Virus record (IMG/VR): IMGVR_UViG_3300047392_000113
Span: 55,152-119,151 of that record
Length of the DNA stretch: 64,000 nt
DNA from: a virus
Lineage: Duplodnaviria; Heunggongvirae; Uroviricota; Caudoviricetes
Direction: 5' to 3' (one strand)
Shown in pieces: positions 18,610 through 26,384 of the stretch; positions within the stretch are counted from its first letter, which is position 1, and each line of letters begins with the position of its first letter. A program made the translations under genes and the position numbers. The notes under the pieces were generated by a model. It was not told the DNA's origin. It worked only from the letters and a program-made list of their open reading frames with translations, and made no database searches.

Positions 18610-19647
18610 ATGTTAAATTTGAGTAATATTATGGAAAACGAAAACAAAATCTTCTTAGGTGTTTCTGACTTTGATGACTTGATCACTAGCCAGATTCTTG
18701 AACGTAGAATTGCACGTGGTGCTGATACAATCCATCGTGACACTACTGTTCTTGCTAATCGTGAGAAGTGGGCTGACTGGGCTGAACATAATTTTGCTGA
18801 AGGATATCTGTTGGTGCAATCCAACAACTCATCTGGGTTCATTATCCATAAAGAGTCTGAAAACTATATCAACTACAGCGTGAACAGTAACTCAACTTCT
18901 GTTCGTGCTTTTGGTGATATGGAATTCGCTGAAGGTATCATCGATGTTATCGAAAAGAAATTCTCTGTTGTAACATCTTACATCGAATGGGTTTACTCTA
19001 GTGATGGTCATTCTGTTAATGTTCCATTGAACCGTGAACGACTGCCAGTTGACGAGATGTATCCATTCCTTAATGGCGAAACTCTTGGTAGCTACTACGA
19101 TCGTTATATGGAATCCAATGCTAACATTCTGTTGTTGATTGGTCCTCCAGGAACTGGCAAGACTACATTCATTCGTGGTTTGCTTGCACACACAAACTCT
19201 TCTGCTATCGTTTCTTATGATGGTAACATCCTTGACAAGGATGGTTTCTTTGCTCGCTTTATTGAAGACGATGCCAGCATTATGGTTCTTGAAGACTCTG
19301 ATGCATTCTTGAAGAGCCGTTCTGATGGTAACACAATGATGCACCGATTCCTTAACGTTGGTGATGGTCTTGTCACAACCAAAGGTAAGAAGATGATCTT
19401 CTCTACAAACCTTCCAAGTATTCGTGATATCGATAGCGCATTGGTTCGTCCAGGACGTTGTTTTGATATTGTGACATTCGACAACTTAAATGTTGCTGAA
19501 GCACAAGCATTGGCAGATCGCCTTAACGTTAAGTTGCCTGTTCGCCAACGTGGTAAAGAAACTTCTAAGTATTCAATCGCAGAAGTATTCAATGAACAGG
19601 TGAACGCACCTGCTGCTCAGGCTAACCGTAAAGTGGGGTTTATCTAA
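18610..19647 (+). CDS. Classic-clade AAA+ ATPase with unknown N-terminal domain. Start uncertain: the ORF is open from 18460/18469 and would overlap gp55 by ~60 nt.
   Basis: Walker A LLIGPPGTGKTTF, Walker B IMVLEDSDAF, and a second region of homology motif STNLPSIRDIDSALVRPGRCFD typical of FtsH/p97/ClpA-type AAA modules. Confidence 0.6.
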   Translation: MLNLSNIMENENKIFLGVSDFDDLITSQILERRIARGADTIHRDTTVLANREKWADWAEHNFAEGYLLVQSNNSSGFIIHKESENYINYSVNSNSTSVRAFGDMEFAEGIIDVIEKKFSVVTSYIEWVYSSDGHSVNVPLNRERLPVDEMYPFLNGETLGSYYDRYMESNANILLLIGPPGTGKTTFIRGLLAHTNSSAIVSYDGNILDKDGFFARFIEDDASIMVLEDSDAFLKSRSDGNTMMHRFLNVGDGLVTTKGKKMIFSTNLPSIRDIDSALVRPGRCFDIVTFDNLNVAEAQALADRLNVKLPVRQRGKETSKYSIAEVFNEQVNAPAAQANRKVGFI

Positions 19648-19805
19648 TGTATAAAGTTAGCTACTATTTGGCAGGAACACGTTTAGCGTTCAGATGGTTT
19701 GATACACTCCACGAAGCTACTAAATTCTCAATAGAATTACCAACAGGCGATGTTCTTGAAATTAAATTCTATCCTGAGAAAATTAAAAAAGAGGATCGTA
19801 CATGA
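19647..19805 (+). CDS. Small hypothetical protein (52 aa) coupled between the AAA ATPase and gp47.
   Basis: TAATG start overlap with the upstream gene and ATGA overlap with gp47, filling the gap exactly. No motif. Confidence 0.3.
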   Translation: MYKVSYYLAGTRLAFRWFDTLHEATKFSIELPTGDVLEIKFYPEKIKKEDRT

Positions 19806-20854
19806 AGGTTGCCATTATCACAGACCAACACTTTGGCGCACGCAATGACAGTATTGCTTTCTTAGATTACTTTGAGAAGTTTTATAATGATGTTTTCTTC
19901 CCTACTCTTGCTGAAAATAATATCGATACTGTTCTTGTTCTCGGTGATACATTTGATCGTCGTAAGTACGTCAACTTCTATGCTCTTGATAGAGCAAAGA
20001 AAATGTTCTTTGATAAGTTACATAACCGTGGCATCGCTGTACACATGCTTGCTGGTAACCACGATACTTACTTTAAAAATACCAACGATGTAAACTCTCC
20101 AGATTTACTTCTGCGAGAGTATAATAACATCAATGTGATTGATCATCCAGCTACAATCTACATTGATGATGTTCCTATCTGCATGATGCCTTGGATTTGT
20201 CCTGAGAATTATCAAGATTCTATTGATACTCTTACAGACACCAAAGCAGAAATCTGTATGGGGCATTTTGAAATTGCTGGCTTCTCAATGTATAGAGGAA
20301 TGGAAAGCCATGAAGGAATGGGTAAAGAAATATTCAATAAATTTGATCTGGTTTTTAGCGGGCATTATCATCACCGCAGTAACGATGGTCACATTTATTA
20401 CCTTGGTAATCCCTACGAACTCACATGGCAAGATTATAATGACCCCAGAGGATTTCACTTGTTCGATCTTAGCACAAGAGAACTTAGATTCTACCAAAAT
20501 CCTTATCATATGTTTGAGCGAATTGAATATAATGACAAGGAAACAGATCCCATCGACCTCGACGCCACCGACCTTAAAGGGTTATATGTAAGATTGATTG
20601 TGGTCAATAAAACAGACTACTATAAATTTGACAAGTTCGTTCAGAAGCTGTATAATAAAGGATGCGCTGACATTAAGATTATCGAAGATCTATCAGACTT
20701 TGGTGATGGTGAGATCGGCGAAGAAATTAGTTTAGAAGATACATTATCTGTCTTGACTCATTATGTTGATAGTATTGAGACTGATGTTAGTAAAGAACAT
20801 ATCAAATCCTTTATGCGTAACCTTTACACCGAAGCAGTGAATGTTGAAGTATGA
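19802..20854 (+). CDS. gp47: Recombination endonuclease subunit gp47 (Mre11/SbcD-like phosphoesterase).
   Basis: Calcineurin-like phosphoesterase motifs (DQHFG, GDTFD, GNHD, GHFE). Located upstream of gp46 as in T4. Confidence 0.85.
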   Translation: MKVAIITDQHFGARNDSIAFLDYFEKFYNDVFFPTLAENNIDTVLVLGDTFDRRKYVNFYALDRAKKMFFDKLHNRGIAVHMLAGNHDTYFKNTNDVNSPDLLLREYNNINVIDHPATIYIDDVPICMMPWICPENYQDSIDTLTDTKAEICMGHFEIAGFSMYRGMESHEGMGKEIFNKFDLVFSGHYHHRSNDGHIYYLGNPYELTWQDYNDPRGFHLFDLSTRELRFYQNPYHMFERIEYNDKETDPIDLDATDLKGLYVRLIVVNKTDYYKFDKFVQKLYNKGCADIKIIEDLSDFGDGEIGEEISLEDTLSVLTHYVDSIETDVSKEHIKSFMRNLYTEAVNVEV

Positions 20855-21201
20855 AACAATTAGAAATTGAATTCTTCTTTCCATTAACTGAGCAGACTCG
20901 TCTTGACTTGGATTACACTCCATGTGAAGATTATGCTAAGAAGCGACAAGAAGAACTTTTAAAATCCTCTGTTAGTATTACCGCAGGACAATCTTTGTGG
21001 GCATTTAATGGTGGCTCAGTTACACTTGGACCAGCACCTCAGTCTCTGGCTAATATGACGGAGTTCCATCCAACTAAAGAATCTGTTGGATACTGGTTAG
21101 TAAGTCCAGAGTTGAAATACTATGTATCTAAAGAACCTAATTGGTTCGTTAAGAAAATGACCAAGTTTATGCTTGGTTGGGAATGGGGTAAAAAGAATTG
21201 A
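20851..21201 (+). CDS. Hypothetical protein (gp46.1-like by position).
   Basis: 116-aa ORF coupled between gp47 and gp46. Confidence 0.35.
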   Translation: MKQLEIEFFFPLTEQTRLDLDYTPCEDYAKKRQEELLKSSVSITAGQSLWAFNGGSVTLGPAPQSLANMTEFHPTKESVGYWLVSPELKYYVSKEPNWFVKKMTKFMLGWEWGKKN

Positions 21202-22916
21202 TCATCTTTAAAAGCGTTGAATGGAAGAACTTTCTATCTACAGGAAACTCTCCGAACAAAGTCCTACTTAATAAGTCTTCAACAACATTAATCATCGGTA
21301 AGAATGGTGAAGGTAAGAGCACAATCTTAGATGCATTGTGCTTTTCGCTTTTCGGTAAACCATTCCGTAACATCAATAAGGGACAGTTGGTAAACTCTAT
21401 CAACGGTAAGGGTTGTATTGTTACGATCGAATTTTCTATTGGTCCACGTAACTACAGAATTGTTCGTGGTATCAAACCAAACATCTTTGAGATTTATCTG
21501 AATGATGAGTTGATCAATCAGGATGCAGCATCACGTGATTACCAAAAGGTTTTGGAACAACAAATTCTTAAGTTGAACTATAAGACATTCACTCAGGTTG
21601 TTATCCTTGGTTCTGCTTCATTCGTTCCATTTATGCAGTTACCTTCTGGTCAACGTCGTGATGTTATCGAAGATATTCTTGACATCCGTATTTTCTCGAC
21701 TATGAATCAGATTCTGAAAGAAAAGGCTCAGGAGACTAAAGATGCCATCACTAAGATTGACACTGAGGTTGCAGCTGCTAAGACTAAAGTCGAAGCACAA
21801 AATGCAATTATTAAAACTATCTCGGAAGCGAAAGCAGATAGTATTAGATCCATCCAAACGAAAGTCGCTAACAGCCTTAAAGAAATTGAGCAAAATCAGT
21901 CGGATGTTGATGTCCTCGTCGGAGAAATCACAACTCTTAAAAATAAGACTTCAGACAAAGAGAAAATCAAAGAAGATCTTGCCAAAGCAAATCAACTCCA
22001 ACAACGACTGTTACAAAAAGTCGAGACTTGTGAGCATCACATGGAATTCTTTGGTGAACATGATGTATGTCCCTCTTGCAATCAAGACATCTCAGAGCAA
22101 TACAAAGAGAGCATTCTCAAAGACCTTAATGAGAAACTGTCAGAACAAAACAACAAGGTTGATGAACTCAACGCAGTCCACACCAAACTTCAAGAAAAAC
22201 TTTCTTCAATTAATGAAATTCTACAGGAAATTTCCGACAAGAACATTGAACTGTCTACAAAGAACTCATCAATCACCTTACTTAATCGCCAGATCAAAGA
22301 GGCAGAAGCTGAAGTTCTAAAGATTCAATCTGATACAACTAACATCGATGAAGAAAAGAATAAGCTAAAGGCTCTTGCTCAGGATGCTGTTTCTAAGATC
22401 AATCAGAAAACTGCACTACAAGAACATCGTAACTTAGAAGAAGTTGCTAGCATTCTTTTGAAAGACACTGGTATCAAGACAGCCATCATTCGTGAGTATC
22501 TCCCGATTATGAATAAGTTGATCAACAAGTATCTGAATGCTATGGATGCTTATATCCACTTTGAACTTGATGAGTCATTCAATGAAATTGTTAAGTCTCG
22601 TCATCGTGATGAATTCACTTACGCAAGTTTCTCTGAAGGCGAGAAGATGCGCATTGACTTGTCCATCTTATTCACTTGGCGTCAGATCGCTAAGATGAAG
22701 AACTCAGTTAACACTAACCTTCTACTGCTTGATGAAATCTTTGACTCAAGTTTGGATACAGCTGGTACTGACTACTTCTTGAATTTGATGAATACGTTTG
22801 GTGAAAATTCAAACATCTTCGTTATCAGTCACAAGGGCGACCAACTGTTCGACAAGTTCCGTTCGGTTATCAAGTTTGAGAAACGTAACGACTTTTCTGT
22901 AATAGCTACAAACTAA
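21198..22916 (+). CDS. gp46: Recombination endonuclease subunit gp46 (Rad50/SbcC-like ATPase).
   Basis: Walker A GKNGEGKST, long central coiled coil with CxxC zinc hook (CPSC), and a C-terminal signature/Walker B region (LLLLDE). 572 aa. Confidence 0.85.
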   Translation: MIIFKSVEWKNFLSTGNSPNKVLLNKSSTTLIIGKNGEGKSTILDALCFSLFGKPFRNINKGQLVNSINGKGCIVTIEFSIGPRNYRIVRGIKPNIFEIYLNDELINQDAASRDYQKVLEQQILKLNYKTFTQVVILGSASFVPFMQLPSGQRRDVIEDILDIRIFSTMNQILKEKAQETKDAITKIDTEVAAAKTKVEAQNAIIKTISEAKADSIRSIQTKVANSLKEIEQNQSDVDVLVGEITTLKNKTSDKEKIKEDLAKANQLQQRLLQKVETCEHHMEFFGEHDVCPSCNQDISEQYKESILKDLNEKLSEQNNKVDELNAVHTKLQEKLSSINEILQEISDKNIELSTKNSSITLLNRQIKEAEAEVLKIQSDTTNIDEEKNKLKALAQDAVSKINQKTALQEHRNLEEVASILLKDTGIKTAIIREYLPIMNKLINKYLNAMDAYIHFELDESFNEIVKSRHRDEFTYASFSEGEKMRIDLSILFTWRQIAKMKNSVNTNLLLLDEIFDSSLDTAGTDYFLNLMNTFGENSNIFVISHKGDQLFDKFRSVIKFEKRNDFSVIATN

Positions 22917-22977
22917 AGTATTACTTTTACCCTACTTGCAGTAGGGTATTGACTTTTCGACAGATTGATGTATAATA
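22917..22977 (+). promoter_or_regulatory. PeSL-like cassette: AAGTATTAC motif, hairpin ACCCTAC-ttgca-GTAGGGT, then early promoter TTGACT-16-TGTATAAT.
   Basis: Stem 22929-35/22941-47. -35 at 22949-54, extended -10 at 22969-76. Same architecture as cassettes at 26.1, 28.6, 29.9 and 38.7 kb. Confidence 0.6.
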
Positions 22978-23002
22978 AAGTCCTGTCGGAAAGGAGTTGA
23001 AG

Positions 23003-23197
23003 ATGTCTGAAGTTAAACTGAATGGGCTCTACAAAGTTACTGTAACTGAGTACGAACGTGGTTGGGGACAACGTGTTGACGAAAATGATACAAAGTTCTT
23101 CACAACCCTCGAAGAAGCCGAGAAGTACAAAACCCATTGGGAAGAAGGTGGTACACCTGAATACTTCTGGCGTGCAAGAATTGAGAAGGTAAGTTAA
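23003..23197 (+). CDS. Hypothetical small protein (64 aa).
   Basis: ATG preceded by AAGGAG RBS. Charged, Trp-rich. Confidence 0.4.
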   Translation: MSEVKLNGLYKVTVTEYERGWGQRVDENDTKFFTTLEEAEKYKTHWEEGGTPEYFWRARIEKVS

Positions 23198-23322
23198 TGA
23201 GTTTCAAAGAGTGGTTGAAGTCTTTAGAGCCAACTCGTCGTCAATCTGCTGGTGAAGACTTTGCAGACAGTGTCGGTTTGATGGTGATTATGGCTCTTGT
23301 TTGTTTTGTTATTTTTCTGTGA
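23197..23322 (+). CDS. Small protein (41 aa) with C-terminal transmembrane helix.
   Basis: TAATG coupling to the upstream ORF. C-terminal LMVIMALVCFVIFL hydrophobic segment. Below the ORF-track size cut-off. Confidence 0.3.
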   Translation: MSFKEWLKSLEPTRRQSAGEDFADSVGLMVIMALVCFVIFL

Positions 23323-23329
23323 GATCGTT

Positions 23330-23644
23330 ATGAAAACACTCGTAGCACTTATTCTTGTCGCATCTATTGCAGGCACTGCAGTCGCTAAAGGTGGCGGTGG
23401 TGGAGGTGGCCATGGCGGTGGCGGTGGTCATGCTAGTTCTAGTGGGCATTCCAGTTCTTCTGGCAGTCATTCTAGTTCTGGTGGTGGTAAGGGTACATCC
23501 ACTGGTAAAAGTGCATCGGTTGCACCTGAGCCAAGTCGTTCTTCGACAACTACAAACACAACAAGTTCTAGTTGGTTCCCATGGTTTGGTGGTGGATCAA
23601 AAGGTTCTTCTGAGGAGAAGTGTAAGAAAGAAAAAACCTGCTAA
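23330..23644 (+). CDS. Secreted Gly/His/Ser-rich low-complexity peptide (signal peptide plus ~83-aa mature region with two C-terminal Cys).
   Basis: N-terminal MKTLVALILVASIAGTAVA is a canonical Sec signal (AVA-K cleavage). Mature part KGGGGGGGHGGGGGHASSSGHSSSSGSHSSSGGG...WFPWFGGG...CKKEKTC. Confidence 0.5.
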   Translation: MKTLVALILVASIAGTAVAKGGGGGGGHGGGGGHASSSGHSSSSGSHSSSGGGKGTSTGKSASVAPEPSRSSTTTNTTSSSWFPWFGGGSKGSSEEKCKKEKTC

Positions 23645-23702
23645 CAGGTTTCCTATATAAACAGGACAGGTAGTCTGTCCTATAATTTCTAAGGAGTTTA
23701 GA

Positions 23703-24677
23703 ATGAAAACTGGTATATTCATTGGGCGTTTCCAGCCCATTCATCACGGTCACATCCATGCGCTTGGAGTGGCTGCATCCCAAGTACAAAAACTGTACAT
23801 CCTTGTTGGTTCTGCCAACACATGTCGTAGTATTAAAAATCCTTGGTCGTTTGAAGAACGCAAGCAAATGCTTACGTTGAAACTTCACACCGAGCGAATC
23901 ACAAACTACGAAATTATTCCACTCAACGATTATCGTTACAGCGATACGCAATGGATGTCTGACGTCCGTGCAACTATCGAACATTACAATATGGGTTCAC
24001 CGATTTTGTTCGGACATATGAAAGAAGGTAATGATTATCTCAAGTGGTTCCCCGAATTAAAATTTAAGAGCATTGAGGCTCAATACACTATCAACGCCAC
24101 GATGATTCGTGAGGAGATGTTCGAGAACAATGACCCTCTAATGCCAGAAACTGTCAGAGGCGACTATGCTTTCTACCAAAAAGAAAAACAACTCTTCAAA
24201 GATTATCCATTTCCCGAAACACTCAACTTCAACTGTTCAGATGCAATCCTCGAATGTCAAGGACACGTCTTGCTTATCCAACGCAAGTTCAGTCCAGGAC
24301 GTGGTGCTTGGGCACTTCCAGGAGGTTTTCGCAATCAGCGTGAAACATTTCTCGACTGTGCAATCCGTGAATTGATTGAAGAAACTAATGTAAGAGTCCC
24401 AGAGAAAGTTCTCCGTGGCTCTATCGTGAAGACCGAATTGTTTGACAATCCAAGTCGTTCATTTGGTATTCCAAGAAACACTATGGCTGTGTACATGCGA
24501 GTTAGTCCTAATCCAGACTATTCGTTGCCACGTGCCAATGGTGCGGATGATGCTGCTCTGTGCAAGTGGGTGCCACTTACTGATGCACTGAACAACATCG
24601 AAATGTATGATGACCACAAGGACATCATCTCTAAAGTAACTGGTGTCATGCCGATGCCAGCGTTTGTTAAACTGTAA
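23703..24677 (+). CDS. natV: Bifunctional NMN adenylyltransferase / Nudix hydrolase (NatV-type).
   Basis: N-terminal cytidylyltransferase HIGH motif GRFQPIHHGH. C-terminal Nudix box GGFRNQRETFLDCAIRELIEETN. Confidence 0.85.
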   Translation: MKTGIFIGRFQPIHHGHIHALGVAASQVQKLYILVGSANTCRSIKNPWSFEERKQMLTLKLHTERITNYEIIPLNDYRYSDTQWMSDVRATIEHYNMGSPILFGHMKEGNDYLKWFPELKFKSIEAQYTINATMIREEMFENNDPLMPETVRGDYAFYQKEKQLFKDYPFPETLNFNCSDAILECQGHVLLIQRKFSPGRGAWALPGGFRNQRETFLDCAIRELIEETNVRVPEKVLRGSIVKTELFDNPSRSFGIPRNTMAVYMRVSPNPDYSLPRANGADDAALCKWVPLTDALNNIEMYDDHKDIISKVTGVMPMPAFVKL

Positions 24678-24687
24678 GGAGCTTACT

Positions 24688-26085
24688 ATGAAACTCGCAA
24701 AAAACATTCTCTTGAACACTGACAGCTACAAAGTCTCGATGTTCAAACAATATCCCGCTGGTACTACTGGCGTTTATAGCTACATCGAATCTCGTGGTGG
24801 TCGTTATGACAAAACCGTGATGTTCGGTCTACAAGCATTCATTAAGGAGTACCTGCTTGAACCAATCACCCAAGCCGATATTGATATTGCTGATGAAATT
24901 CTTACAGCCCATGGCGAACCTTTCAACCGAGAAGGATGGGAATACATTCTATCAGCACACGGAGGTTTCCTTCCTGTCGTTATTCGGGCTGTTCCTGAAG
25001 GCACAGTGGTTCCTGTTAAAAACGTTTTGGCAACTATTGAAAACACTGATCCAAAGGCGTTTTGGTTGACCACTTATCTGGAAACTGCATTGCTTCGTGC
25101 TGTGTGGTATCCTACTACTGTGGCTACTCAAAGCTACACTATTCGTAAAGTAATTCTTGACTATTTGGAGCGTACAGGTGACCCTAGTGGAATCGATTTT
25201 AAGTTGCACGATTTCGGTGCTCGTGGTGTGTCTAGCCTTGAATCTGCGGGCATCGGAGGTGCAGCACACTTGGTTAACTTCATGGGTAGTGATACTATTT
25301 CTGGTGTTCTGTATGCTCGTGAATACTATGGTGCTGGGATTGCAGGTTTCTCGATTCCTGCCGCAGAGCACAGTACAATTACTTCGTGGGGACGTGAAGG
25401 TGAAGTCGACGCCTACCGAAACATGCTTACCCAATTCGCAAAACCTGGAAGCATCGTCGCAGTAGTAAGCGACAGCTACGATGTATTCAATGCAGCTGGC
25501 AACTTGTGGGGTGATGAATTGAAAGCAGAGGTTGTTGCTTCTGGTGCTACTGTTGTTATTCGTCCTGACTCTGGTGATCCTTTGACTATTAACCAACAAT
25601 TGATCGAGATTCTTGGTCGTAAGTTTGGTTACACTGTTAACGGTAAAGGATTCAAAGTTTTGAACAACGTTCGTCTTATCCAAGGTGACGGTGTTAACGA
25701 ATTGAGCATTCGTTCTATCCTTGGTGGCTTTATGGCAATGGGTTGGTCTGCTGACAACATTGCATTCGGTATGGGTGGTGCTTTGCTCCAACAAGTGGAT
25801 CGTGACACTCAGAAGTTCGCAATGAAGTGTTCAGCTGCTCAAGTCAATGGTGTATGGGTTGATGTGCAAAAAGATCCTATCACTGATAGCGGTAAAAAGT
25901 CTAAAGCAGGGCGTGTAACCTTGTGGCAGTCTGGTGGTGAGTTTGCTTCTGGTGTGACTCCACCTTCTGGTTGGACTGATAAAGGTTTTGGTGGTTGGAC
26001 TGAAGCAATGCAAACAGTGTTCCGTGATGGTAAAATCATCCGTGAATACGACTTTGCAGAGGTTCGAGCCAACGCTAAAAAGTAA
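24688..26085 (+). CDS. nadV: Nicotinamide phosphoribosyltransferase (NAMPT/NadV).
   Basis: N-terminus NILLNTDSYKVSMFKQYP and overall 465-aa length typical of NAMPT. Adjacent to natV, forming an NAD+ salvage pair. Confidence 0.9.
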   Translation: MKLAKNILLNTDSYKVSMFKQYPAGTTGVYSYIESRGGRYDKTVMFGLQAFIKEYLLEPITQADIDIADEILTAHGEPFNREGWEYILSAHGGFLPVVIRAVPEGTVVPVKNVLATIENTDPKAFWLTTYLETALLRAVWYPTTVATQSYTIRKVILDYLERTGDPSGIDFKLHDFGARGVSSLESAGIGGAAHLVNFMGSDTISGVLYAREYYGAGIAGFSIPAAEHSTITSWGREGEVDAYRNMLTQFAKPGSIVAVVSDSYDVFNAAGNLWGDELKAEVVASGATVVIRPDSGDPLTINQQLIEILGRKFGYTVNGKGFKVLNNVRLIQGDGVNELSIRSILGGFMAMGWSADNIAFGMGGALLQQVDRDTQKFAMKCSAAQVNGVWVDVQKDPITDSGKKSKAGRVTLWQSGGEFASGVTPPSGWTDKGFGGWTEAMQTVFRDGKIIREYDFAEVRANAKK

Positions 26086-26104
26086 TACTTTAGACTTACA
26101 AAAG

Positions 26105-26130
26105 AAACCCCACCTCGTGTGGGGTTTTCT
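26105..26130 (+). terminator. Rho-independent terminator after nadV.
   Basis: AAACCCCAC-ctcgt-GTGGGGTTT followed by TTTCT. Confidence 0.7.
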
Positions 26131-26163
26131 AACTTGTTGATTTTACACGTCTTTTTTCAACTG

Positions 26164-26192
26164 TTGACTTTTTACAAGAATTCAGGCATAAT
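26164..26192 (+). promoter_or_regulatory. Early promoter TTGACT-17-CATAAT, part of a PeSL-like cassette that also contains the AACTTGTTGATTTTACA motif at 26131-26147.
   Basis: -35 at 26164-69, -10 at 26187-92. Upstream GTAATACT motif at 26082-89. Confidence 0.5.
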
Positions 26193-26216
26193 TCATTATA
26201 CTGAATCGGAGAAAAT

Positions 26217-26384
26217 ATGTGGGATGACTTTAGTGACTACGAACTAGCCGAACTGGCTGGTCAGTATGGGTTGGAAGACAACCTAGTTTTTGATTATGAA
26301 CTTGGTCTTGCGAATCGTGATGAGATCGAGAAACTTTTGACAGAATTTGAATGGGAGATTGCAAATGCAGAATACAGCATCTGA
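26217..26384 (+). CDS. Small acidic protein (55 aa).
   Basis: ATG with GGAGAAAAT RBS. Overlaps the start of the following VWA gene by ~20 nt in another frame. Confidence 0.3.
   Translation: MWDDFSDYELAELAGQYGLEDNLVFDYELGLANRDEIEKLLTEFEWEIANAEYSI

Noticed and set aside
23355-23660. Alternative-frame 101-aa ORF overlapping the Gly/His-rich peptide gene.
   Set aside because: It is produced by the same GGT/GGC/CAT low-complexity repeat. It lacks a signal peptide and RBS, whereas the 23330 frame has a canonical Sec signal. The frame is kept as uncertain in the finding.
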